A stretch of 63,997 nt of DNA, counting the filler, from Candidatus Woesearchaeota archaeon (GTDB taxonomy: Archaea; Nanobdellota; Nanobdellia; Woesearchaeales; B72-G16), in assembly GCA_003650545.1 (NCBI GenBank). It is 21 parts of 21 records of this genome, joined end to end, with 100 filler letters (N's around TTAATTAATTAA, not from the genome) between each part and the next. Parts side by side here need not be neighbours in the genome. Positions count along the whole stretch, not along the records: positions 29,513 to 32,445 come from QMQO01000115.1; positions 32,546 to 35,464 come from QMQO01000116.1; positions 35,565 to 38,483 come from QMQO01000117.1; positions 38,584 to 41,439 come from QMQO01000118.1; 17 more parts are not named here. One strand, 5' to 3'. Positions within the stretch are counted from its first letter, which is position 1, and each line of letters opens with the position of its first letter. A program made the position numbers and the translations under genes. A model generated the notes under the pieces. It saw only the letters and a program-made list of their open reading frames with translations, searched no databases and was not told where the DNA came from. Of this stretch, positions 30,471-39,846 are shown in pieces.

Positions 30471-32411
30471 TCAGACTACTCCCTCACCGAGTTCTTCGTC
30501 TACCCTTTCGAGTGCCTGGATTCGCGGGTCTTCTCGTGGAGCCCGACTTTTCGCGATGTCCAAGATGTACTCGTGCAATTGCTTTGTGGTGCGCACGAGG
30601 GTATCCCAGGTTACTACGCGAATGTCCGAATTAGCAAGTTCCCCTATAAGCAGTTCGTCGTTCTCGCTATACTTAGAGACGATTAGTCGGCCCGACACGT
30701 GACTTCCGAATTTTGGGTCAGTAGTTCGAGCCAAATGTCGCCTAAGATAGTGAACGTAATCTTGATGCCGTCTGATTTCCTCCCTAGTAACCGTCCTGCT
30801 AGGTCGCTTAATCTCGACTACCACTACCCGCATCGTGTCTGCGAAACAGAAGAAGTCAAGCCGTCGTCTCCCCTCGACGGTACCTTCTTGGTCTAGCTCG
30901 TATGCCTCCCGGAGAACGTTATCGAGAGACTTTTCGTGCTTTAGCGTCATCCAGCCTGGCTCGATCAGCCACGGGCGTTCTTTCAAGAAATCGTGCATGT
31001 CAGGCACTTCTGGAACACCGGCTTGGACCATTTGGTCAAACTTCTCGATGATCTCTATTCGGCCCCTGACAATCTGCGCCGTGTGTACTGCCTCCAACAC
31101 GTCCCACTCGACGAAGAGGCGCAGTATTTCTTGTTGTGCAGATTCGTCTATCGCGTTGAGCGCTCGAATCAGATCCATAAAGTACTCGTTTTCGTAAGCC
31201 TTTAGTAGAAACTCGACTATCTCTTCAAAACGATCCTGTGGTATGTCCTCTATTGTCGCGAGTTTGTTGATAGCCTTTCGTAGTTCCGTGCGTTCTCGTC
31301 TAGGGAATTTCTCAATGCGTTCGCGGTACTGTGTATTTCGGCGCAGTCGCTTTTTTCTATTTTCGGCTCGCTTCTCAGCCCACCTAGTCAGGAGACTGCG
31401 CAGCTTTGTCTGACCCCAATTGAGGAGGGGTTGAGCTTTTGGATCTTCCCACAACACGGACGCGCGCCCCGTAGCGATCAAATCAGTGTCCTCTTCGTCG
31501 AGACCATCCGCGTGTACCTCGCCAACCATGTACTGCATACCGTGTTGTCCGTAAACACCTCCTCTGAGGTCAAAGAAGAACGGCTCCTGAGCCAGACGTC
31601 CTCTTACCATCACGGCGATGCCTCGCGCGTCCTCGTACTGCACAGGTTTGGCAGTGAACCCGACCCACCACTTTATCGTTCCTACGCCGCTTACGTCTTC
31701 CGTATTCATCCCGCTTGTTGGAAAGCGAAACTCGTAATCAAGTTCCTGTGGCGTCAAGAGCTCTCCGTTGATGAAAACCTGAAACTCCTTTGACAAAACT
31801 GCAAATCGCCGGGCCATGCTTGCTCGAAACCTATCCTCGTTGATAGCGCGTTTGAGTTGGATCCGTCTTAGGATGACGAACGTCCCGTCAGGTTCATCTG
31901 CAGATTCGTCTCGAAGCACCTCCGGCTCGTAGGGAGCAACCATTTGCCCCTTGCTGTGACGCAATATACTGTCGTAATCCATGCGAAAGTGGGTGAGCCA
32001 CTTATCCTTGACGCTGCGCACTTCGATTATCTCCGCTATGCCAAAGCAACCAAGCTTTCCGAGCCCCTTGTGTCCCATCACCGGACGATCACCGTCGGTA
32101 TAATGACCTTCTTCTCGACGACGATCTCGGCCGACCACGAGAAATTTGTCATTGCAGTCCTCGAAGCTCATACCAATTCCATCGTCCTTGACGGAAATCG
32201 TAGATTGTGGAGTCCACGATTGTCCAAGAGGAATTTCAATTTCTACTCTTTGAGCATCAGCGTCCCAAGCGTTGGCAATTAGTTCCGCGATTGCGGGCGT
32301 CGCGCCAGAGTACATGTGCAATCCGAGGTGTTTCACGAGCCCACCAGCAAACTGCATTTTCAGTTTTCGTGACTTCTCCACGTCACTGGGCATTTTCATT
32401 CCTTTCCCCAT
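30471..32411 (-). CDS. MORC-type GHKL ATPase fused to a C-terminal PD-(D/E)XK nuclease
   Basis: ELIANAWDADA, DDGIGM, GHKGLGK, GT; C-terminal RLDFFC...VVVEIKRP. Confidence 0.85.
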   Translation of the reverse strand: MGKGMKMPSDVEKSRKLKMQFAGGLVKHLGLHMYSGATPAIAELIANAWDADAQRVEIEIPLGQSWTPQSTISVKDDGIGMSFEDCNDKFLVVGRDRRREEGHYTDGDRPVMGHKGLGKLGCFGIAEIIEVRSVKDKWLTHFRMDYDSILRHSKGQMVAPYEPEVLRDESADEPDGTFVILRRIQLKRAINEDRFRASMARRFAVLSKEFQVFINGELLTPQELDYEFRFPTSGMNTEDVSGVGTIKWWVGFTAKPVQYEDARGIAVMVRGRLAQEPFFFDLRGGVYGQHGMQYMVGEVHADGLDEEDTDLIATGRASVLWEDPKAQPLLNWGQTKLRSLLTRWAEKRAENRKKRLRRNTQYRERIEKFPRRERTELRKAINKLATIEDIPQDRFEEIVEFLLKAYENEYFMDLIRALNAIDESAQQEILRLFVEWDVLEAVHTAQIVRGRIEIIEKFDQMVQAGVPEVPDMHDFLKERPWLIEPGWMTLKHEKSLDNVLREAYELDQEGTVEGRRRLDFFCFADTMRVVVVEIKRPSRTVTREEIRRHQDYVHYLRRHLARTTDPKFGSHVSGRLIVSKYSENDELLIGELANSDIRVVTWDTLVRTTKQLHEYILDIAKSRAPREDPRIQALERVDEELGEGVV

Positions 32412-32557
32412 AGTCTAAACGACGCGGTGTCGAAATATTATACCANNNNNNNNNNNNNNNNNNNNNNNNNNNNNNNNNNNNNNNNNNNNTTAATTAATTA
32501 ANNNNNNNNNNNNNNNNNNNNNNNNNNNNNNNNNNNNNNNNNNNNAGGAGGAATCGC

Positions 32558-33193
32558 ATGCATAAGTGTAGCACAACTTTGCCGGTCTGGCACATGCCAG
32601 ACATCGCCCAGGCCCTAGCCGAACACGAACGGCTGGTGCACTGGGTGGTCCGCTGCCAGTGGCTGGGAGAACTCTCCTACGCCGAGGCACTGCAAGTAGG
32701 CCGCATCGCCTTGTGGCGGGCGCTGCGGGGATATGACCCCCAGCGGGGAACGGTCTTCTCGACCTATGCGGTGGCGGCCATTGAGCGCGCCATCTGGCGG
32801 GCGGTGGCACAAGCACAGCCGCGTGCACAGGAGGTGCTCACGCCACATCCTCCCCAAGCTGCACCGGACCTGGACGAGATCGTGGAGGCCAGCTTGGTCT
32901 GGGAGGCACTCTATCGCCTGGTCGCACGGCTGCCTGACCCGCTGTACACGGTCATCGTGGCCCGCTACGGCCTGAACGGAGACGCGCCGCAGACCTTTGC
33001 GGCGATCGGGCGGATGTTAGGGGTGACCCGTCAGCGTGCGCATCAACGGCACGTCGAAGCACTCTTCTGGCTCGCTCACCCAGCACACTCCAACGTGGTG
33101 CGTCGGCTCTTGGGCCGCAACACGGTGGCCGACTACCAGGACTATCTGCTCCGCCTGCGCACGTGGTTGCGTGACAGGAGGGGCAAGCGATGA
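32558..33193 (+). CDS. Sigma-70-family factor-like protein (regions 2 and 4, no region 3)
   Basis: AGGAGG RBS; ALQVGRIALWRALRGYDPQRGTVFSTYA (region 2); VIVARYGL...TFAAIGRMLGVTRQRAHQ (region 4 HTH). Confidence 0.85.
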   Translation: MHKCSTTLPVWHMPDIAQALAEHERLVHWVVRCQWLGELSYAEALQVGRIALWRALRGYDPQRGTVFSTYAVAAIERAIWRAVAQAQPRAQEVLTPHPPQAAPDLDEIVEASLVWEALYRLVARLPDPLYTVIVARYGLNGDAPQTFAAIGRMLGVTRQRAHQRHVEALFWLAHPAHSNVVRRLLGRNTVADYQDYLLRLRTWLRDRRGKR

Positions 33194-34863
33194 GCCACGA
33201 ACGCCATGTACAGACCGCCACGCGCAAACGCGCCTCCCATCCCGACTTTGTGTCCACCTTTTCCGTGTACGCCCTGCAGGACCGCATTCCGCTGCGCTTC
33301 CCCGTGCCCGAGGATGTGCCTCCCTCCCCCAAGCGTCGCTACCGGTCCGCCTATCGGTACCTGGGTGACGACGGCCTACTCGAGCGCACCTCTCTTGCTC
33401 ATCTGACATCCTTCCAGGTGGTCCTGCGCCTGATCGACTTTTCCTCCTTGCGCACCTACTTGGCCCACTGCTACTATGCCCAGAGCGCCAAAGGGCAGAC
33501 GCCCTTCGACCCGGTCTCTCTCTTCCTGTGCGTCTGCTTGCGTCGCGAACTGAACCTCAGCTGGCGCGCGCTGGCCAAGCTGCTGGCCGGTGAGCACGGC
33601 GCTGGATGGCGACGGCTCTTTGGCTTCCAAGAGGGAGAAACCCCTTCGCCCTCGGGCCTGCGGTACTTTTTCAACTCCCTCGGCGCAGCGCTCTTTGACG
33701 AACTCTGTCCCCTGTTCACCGACCTGCTGCACGAGGCGGGTCTGCTGCCCACACACAGCACCTTTCCCGGTGACTCCGCGCAGCACGGGGTCTCGATCAG
33801 CCACGACATCATGCTCCACCACGCACACGCCCGGATGCACTGCGCCCAGGTCACCGACACCTGCTACCAGCCCGCACCGCGCCCCTGCCCGGCCAAGGAA
33901 GCGAGCCCAGAAGAGGCTGCCCCGACCACGCCGAGGGGATGTGACTGCACCACCGAGGCTTGTGCACAGGTGTGCCAACACGCGACCCCCGCCGACAAGG
34001 AAGCACGCTACATCTACTACGCCGGACGCAACAAGAGAGCCGACCTCCTTTCCTCACAAGAGCAGCCAGACTCACACACCGCGAGGGGACGACACGTCTA
34101 TGGCTACGCATCCAATCCCGACCGCATCCTCGACGACCGCTTTGCCTGTGCCTGGACCATCCGTACGGGCTTACATCCGGCCAACATCGATGAACGTGCC
34201 CTCTTCCCGCGCAGCTTTGCTCAGCTCCGCGCGCGGTTCCCTTACCTCCAGATCGGCGAAGTGCTCGCCGACGCGGCTCTCGGTTACCAGTGCTGTCTGG
34301 ACCCCATCTGGGAGGCAGGCGCTCTGCGCATGGTCGACATCCGCGCCGCACAAGGCGATGACGACCCAGACACGCAGCTACGGCGCGGCTACAACGAGAA
34401 AGGCCATCCCCTCTGCTTCCACGGCTATGAGATGCGTCCCAACGGCCACGACTATCGCCGCCGTCGCACCAAGTGGTGCTGTGAGAAAGCGTGCTTGACC
34501 CCCCCAGCCGAGGACACAGCCCAAGACACGCGACGCCCGCTGCCGGACTGTCCGTACCAACAACCGCAGCACAAGCACGGTCAGGTCATCAATGTCGCTC
34601 GCACCTTGCCCGATGGTTGCCTGCGCCTGGCACGTGAGGTGCCCTATGGCTCTCCTGCTTGGCGCAAACGCTACGGAAGGCGCAACCTCTCTGAGAGCCG
34701 CAACGGCTTACTGGAACAGATGGGCCTCAAACGTCTACCCTCCTCTGGCCTGACCCGGGGCTTCAAAGAGGTCGCCATCGCGGACTTGCTGGAGAACCTG
34801 CGCACTTTAGGCCGCCTGGTCTTTGAAGCCACTACGCTGGCCTTGAGCAACGTCGCTCACTGA
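33190..34863 (+). mobile_element. DDE transposase (IS5/IS1182-like) with Cys-rich insertions
   Basis: DUF772-like GQTPFDPVSLF and TPSPSGLRYF; candidate triad HDIM / LADAALG / Y.RRNLSESRNG. Confidence 0.75.
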
Positions 34864-35322
34864 GGGCCAGACCACAACGGACCCGTGCTTATCCCCCTGT
34901 CAGGCATCTTCTTGACCGGGCCGTTGCCCCCTGCCTGCTGTGCGTCTGCCCTCCTCTTCCCCTCTATTCAACACCTTCTCTCCGACGCGCCTACCCTCTC
35001 ATTCACCCTCCAGCTCCACTCGCTGCGCATCTGCATCCCACCTGCTGCCCACCCCGACTCCAGAAACGCGTTCCCCTGCAACCACCAACCCCACCCCGGA
35101 CACGTTGTCCCCCTATCCCTAGCGGTCTCCCACTCTCCTATCCCCTTCCTTTGTCCTTGGTCGCTCTCACCTGCTGCGCAAGCCCACACGCCCGTTGGGC
35201 TTGACAAGCTCCTCTAACCTTGCTAAGATGGGGGGCATGCTGACGTTGATTGCGGCCGGACGGTAGCCCGCGCGTCATCCAGTTTCGCGTGCCCCGGGCA
35301 GCGCGCACGAGACAGAGGAAAT

Positions 35323-35464
35323 ATGAACGTACCAACCTACCACTGCAAATACACGCCAAGACCGATCGCGCTGAGCGGCAGACTGGACGATCCGGCCTGG
35401 CAGTCGGCCACTGCTGTGAGCCTGGTGCGCAATCAGGATGGGGCCCGCCCGCGCTTTGCCACCA
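35323..35464 (+). CDS. CBM9-like sugar-binding protein, N-terminus (truncated)
   Basis: PIALSGRLDDPAWQSA resembles the CBM9 motif P.IDG.LDD..W. Confidence 0.6.
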
Positions 35465-35687
35465 NNNNNNNNNNNNNNNNNNNNNNNNNNNNNNNNNNNN
35501 NNNNNNNNTTAATTAATTAANNNNNNNNNNNNNNNNNNNNNNNNNNNNNNNNNNNNNNNNNNNNGACGAGTACTATACTGACTTTAAACAGCCGCTTGTT
35601 TTTAGGAAGGGGAGGCTTGTAAGCAAGCATGAAAAGGTTATTCCGGCAACACCTAAGAGTGTAAGGTCTGTTATCGGAGGCACCAGA

Positions 35688-35894
35688 GTGGGAAGAGGAA
35701 TTTACAAGGCTTACAATGGAATATGGGTTTTAAGGAGAAACTACGCTGTACTGTTCAAGCACAGCGGAGACGCTGAAGGATACCGGTACGATGGAGGATA
35801 CTTCTACTATGAATGCGACACTAAAGAAGCACTTGATAGGGTAGGTGTTAAAAGCATTAGCGAAGCAATTGCAAAAGCAATAGTTTCAACATAA
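35688..35894 (+). CDS. Small hypothetical protein
   Basis: GGAGG RBS; codirectional with the cluster. Confidence 0.5.
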   Translation: MGRGIYKAYNGIWVLRRNYAVLFKHSGDAEGYRYDGGYFYYECDTKEALDRVGVKSISEAIAKAIVST

Positions 35895-35921
35895 TAATAT
35901 TTTTCTATCGGGGGTTAAATT

Positions 35922-36146
35922 ATGAGGAAGGTTAATCTTACAGTTATTATTGAGCCTATAATGGATATTGAGGACTTAGCCGATTTAGATATTGATAACT
36001 GTTTAGTTTGCGGTAGATTCGCAGACCCATTTAAAGACAAAATATACATTGTTAGCACTCCTTTCGAAAGACTGCCACTACACGGTAAATGCCTAGATAA
36101 ATTCATAGACAGAATTAACGAATGGAACAAGCTGTACTCCGATTAA
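35922..36146 (+). CDS. Small putative Zn-binding protein
   Basis: CLVC ... HGKC; GGGGG RBS. Confidence 0.55.
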   Translation: MRKVNLTVIIEPIMDIEDLADLDIDNCLVCGRFADPFKDKIYIVSTPFERLPLHGKCLDKFIDRINEWNKLYSD

Positions 36147-36180
36147 AAACAAAACAACATCTTTTTTCTCGGGGGATAAA

Positions 36181-37290
36181 ATGAGGGTAACTGAGATACT
36201 TAGTGTTCCTCTTAAAAAGCTGGACAGAGTTCTTCTTCTTGGGCCGCCGGGTATCGGTAAAACCGAAATTATTTATCAGAAGGCTGTTGCCGAAGCTGAA
36301 AAGGAGAAAAGAGTTTTCGTTGACCTTAGGAAGGCTAGTCTTGAGCAGCTTGAGGAAATATATCATCACCCGGAAAAGTACTTTGTTTATCTGAGGCTAA
36401 TAGCGACACATATTTTCCCGGAGGACGTAAGCATTCCTAGGGAGGTTAACAGGTTGGCTGTAATATTTAAGACACCGATGACAATAGCTGTTCTAACGAA
36501 GCCGGAAATAAAGGGCGTGTTGTTCATTGACGAGCTAACCAACATTCAGAGGACGGATCAGAGAGTGCTTTTCTACAGTCTTATTCAGGAGAAGGAGATT
36601 GGATGGAACGTTAAGCTGTCAGACGATATCGTGGTTGTTGCGGCAAGTAATCCTCCGGAGTGGAGTGCTGACGCCTCTCTTCTAGCTAACCCGCTAATAA
36701 ACAGGATGACGGTTGTTAATGTTGAGCAGCCAACGATTGACGAATGGTACAACTATATGAATAGGAGGTTTGAGGACGCATGGGATAAGAGGGTTTACGC
36801 ATACCTTAAAATGTACCCTGAGGACTTCATTAGGAGACCGGACGATGTTGAAACGCTTGAGAACTTCCCAACACCTAGGGCTTGGACAAGGCTTGCAACA
36901 ATAATCAGCGGCATAAACAGCTTCAACATAGTGTCCGAGTACGCGTTTGGAACAGTCGGTAAGCAGGCTGGGGCAAAGTTCGCCGCATTCCTTAAAACAG
37001 AGATACCGTCTGTTGAGGAGTTCCTGAATAAGTTTGCGGAGTACTGGGAGTACTTCGGAATGGAGCAGAAGTTCCTTATGACATACAGTGTTGCACAGAA
37101 GGCGGGAAGAATGCTTACAAACGCTAAGCTACAGAGGTTCCTAAGGTACCTTATGGACTACGAGAGGGAAATGCTGATGCTACTCATACTTATGATGCCG
37201 AAGGGGCACAGGATCAAAATGCTTAACACTAAGGGAACCAAGGAAATAATAATTGAGCTTGCAGATAAGCTCAAAAACTACATTGTCTAG
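36181..37290 (+). CDS. MoxR-like AAA+ ATPase
   Basis: GPPGIGKT, LFIDEL, AASNPPE, PLINRM, FPTPRAW. Confidence 0.9.
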   Translation: MRVTEILSVPLKKLDRVLLLGPPGIGKTEIIYQKAVAEAEKEKRVFVDLRKASLEQLEEIYHHPEKYFVYLRLIATHIFPEDVSIPREVNRLAVIFKTPMTIAVLTKPEIKGVLFIDELTNIQRTDQRVLFYSLIQEKEIGWNVKLSDDIVVVAASNPPEWSADASLLANPLINRMTVVNVEQPTIDEWYNYMNRRFEDAWDKRVYAYLKMYPEDFIRRPDDVETLENFPTPRAWTRLATIISGINSFNIVSEYAFGTVGKQAGAKFAAFLKTEIPSVEEFLNKFAEYWEYFGMEQKFLMTYSVAQKAGRMLTNAKLQRFLRYLMDYEREMLMLLILMMPKGHRIKMLNTKGTKEIIIELADKLKNYIV

Positions 37291-37319
37291 CAACACACTT
37301 TATTTTTCGGGGGAGCACT

Positions 37320-38483
37320 GTGAAGGATGTTGTTGAGAAGTTCAGGAACATTCTTAGCTCACTCATGTTCAACCATGTATTCTACGGTCTTCTTCTCAAA
37401 AGGCTGAGAGTTGTTTACATTAACGACGAGAACATGCCTCCGTGTGGTGTAAACAAGAGGGAAATAATTTTGTCGCCGAAGTTCTTCAGGTACAATAACT
37501 GTGTTCAGCAGTACATTCTAGCCCACGAGGCAATGCATGTCGCCCTTTCACACCCGGAGAGGATGAGGAGGTTTGCTGAAAGATTCAAAATACTGAATAT
37601 TAACGTGTTGTTCAATGTTGTTGCAGACGGCAAAATAAACGATGTTTTAGATGAGGAGTTCGAGTGTGCACCTGACGGAAGAATCACCATTAGCCGTGTT
37701 GCTATGCTTCTCGACATTGACGTTGAAACTTTGAGGAAGCTTTCAGTTGAGGAAATACTGCTGAGAGCAATAAAGAAAGGAAGTAAAATGGCTGTTAAAA
37801 TAGATGAAATAGTGTCTGAGCCTACAAACGATATTTCACCCGAAACAGGGAAAGGTCAATGTGAAAAATCCGGGAAGAAAGTTGTTGTTCTAAACGAAGG
37901 CGACAGGGAAATAGAGAAGGCAAAGGACGATAAGGAGCTTGAGAAGATTAAGAAGAAAATACTTGCAGAAGTCCTTGTTTCCTCGAAGTCAATTGGCAGG
38001 GCGCCTTTAGGTGTTGAAAGAATAGTTAGCGGAATGCTTAAGCCAAAGGTTGACTGGAGAAGAATAATTAAGTCGGCAATGGAGAAGGCTTTAGGTAACG
38101 ACGTTAGGAAAACATGGAGTAGGAGCTCAAGGAAGAACCCTGACTACCCTGCGAAATACACTATTGGCGTCAACAAGGTAATTATTCTAGCAGACACGTC
38201 CGGAAGCATAAGCCAGAAACAGCTTAGGCAGTATATTGGTGAAATATTTTCAATATCGAAGATTGCTAGGAAAATAATTGTTGTACCTTGGGATGTTGAA
38301 GCATACAAGGAAATAGTTGTTAGAAGCAGAGCAGACATCAGGAAGGTTAGGGTTGGTCTTAGAGGCGGAGGAGGAACACTAATACATGATGCCTTAAAGA
38401 AAGCGCTAGACATTATGTCTAATGGCGACATAGTTGTTATTCTAAGCGACTACTACATAGGAGACCTGTACGGTGGTGGTGTA
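37320..38483 (+). CDS. DUF2201-type metallopeptidase plus VWA protein (3' truncated)
   Basis: LAHEAMHVALSH, N..AD..IN, MIDAS DTSGSI, GGGGT, LSD. Confidence 0.88.
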
Positions 38484-38583
38484 NNNNNNNNNNNNNNNNN
38501 NNNNNNNNNNNNNNNNNNNNNNNNNNNTTAATTAATTAANNNNNNNNNNNNNNNNNNNNNNNNNNNNNNNNNNNNNNNNNNNN

Positions 38584-38971
38584 ATATAAGAGAGATTGCT
38601 ACTGCAAAAATTATAAAATATATTGATTTAGGCAGGATTGTATTAAATGTTATAAATAATGCTATTGCAACTACAACAAAAAACCAGATTCTAAGCATAA
38701 AATCTATTTTAAATTTAGTCAAAAGAAAAAGAATCAGAACTGCAATTATGAATGCAAAAACTATTGAACCAAAATAAATTCTAAAATCAGATTGCTCCTG
38801 AATTTCTGGGGGTTCAATCCATGATAAACTTGGATTTTTTATAATCTCAGTTGTTCCATTAACTTCTGTTTTTATGTGAAAAGGGTCTGAATGTATAATA
38901 TACAATCCTATAAGCTGCGTAGTTACAAACATAAGTAACAGAACTAATGTTATTTTGATATTATGTTTCAA
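38584..38971 (-). CDS. Presenilin/SPP-like membrane protease, N-terminus (DPANN-type; truncated)
   Basis: MKH...MF..TQLIGL N-terminus and TM pattern; catalytic motifs lie beyond the contig edge. Confidence 0.5.
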
Positions 38972-39034
38972 TTTAGATATTACCTCTTTATGATTAAATG
39001 AAAAAGAGGTTTTTAAAGTTTTAAAAATCCAAAT

Positions 39035-39808
39035 TTATTTGCATTGGTATACACGTGTCCCAACCGGCCATCCGTATACATCACAATATCTTGGATTACT
39101 TTCGTAGGATAGCAGACATTGATTATATGGTGAACAAGATTCTCCTATTGTCGGAGACCCTGCATCACAAGATTCGCATCCGAGAGATTCACTGACCAAA
39201 TCACAACGTAAACAGATTCCTTCATCAACTAATTGCCAAGTACACTCCTGAGTATTGCATTCTCGTGTTTCTGAATAATTAACACAATCTGTTCCAACAC
39301 AGCAGGTTTTGGTTCTTGTTTGTGTGCCACCACCACAAGAAACAGAACACTCGCTCCACTCTGACCATTTTACTAAAACATCATTATCAATCGCTTCCTG
39401 CAAACTCATTGATTCTCCGTCAATTGCCACTTCAATTTCATTTGCATAATGATAGGCTTTGCTTTTATCCCTTGGCCCAGAATAAGAAGTTGTTGTAGCA
39501 TTTCCACAAAGTCCTGTTAGTGATAATGCATTAATTAAATTATTTTCAACTCCATCCACAGAAACCCAAATTCTATCTGCACTATGTTCCCCTCCTAAAA
39601 CAGAAGAAGGCAAACTATAGGCATGATTACCATTGAGCAAGTTTTCATCAATTGCTTCCTGCAGTGTTTTTTCAGAACCATCTACTAAAATTTTGATAGT
39701 ATTATCAGGATGCCATGCTTTTGCTGTATCAACAGTAGCATTTACTATAAGAAATCCTACAATTAATAGTCCAATAATGATATAAATTTGCCTCTTTTTT
39801 ATAATCAT
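39035..39808 (-). CDS. Secreted protein with three H..xxI.V..DG.E..L repeats, a TSP1 motif and a Cys-rich tail
   Basis: Signal peptide; WSEWSECSVSCGGGTQTRTKTC...ETRECNTQEC. Confidence 0.75.
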   Translation of the reverse strand: MIIKKRQIYIIIGLLIVGFLIVNATVDTAKAWHPDNTIKILVDGSEKTLQEAIDENLLNGNHAYSLPSSVLGGEHSADRIWVSVDGVENNLINALSLTGLCGNATTTSYSGPRDKSKAYHYANEIEVAIDGESMSLQEAIDNDVLVKWSEWSECSVSCGGGTQTRTKTCCVGTDCVNYSETRECNTQECTWQLVDEGICLRCDLVSESLGCESCDAGSPTIGESCSPYNQCLLSYESNPRYCDVYGWPVGTRVYQCK

Positions 39809-39846
39809 TAATTAATTAAGAATTTATTATTTTTAAATTTTGTTTC

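Noticed and set aside
32490..35520. Many overlapping alternative-frame ORFs in the GC-rich contig
   Set aside because: Expected at high GC; no motifs; they overlap the sigma and transposase genes.
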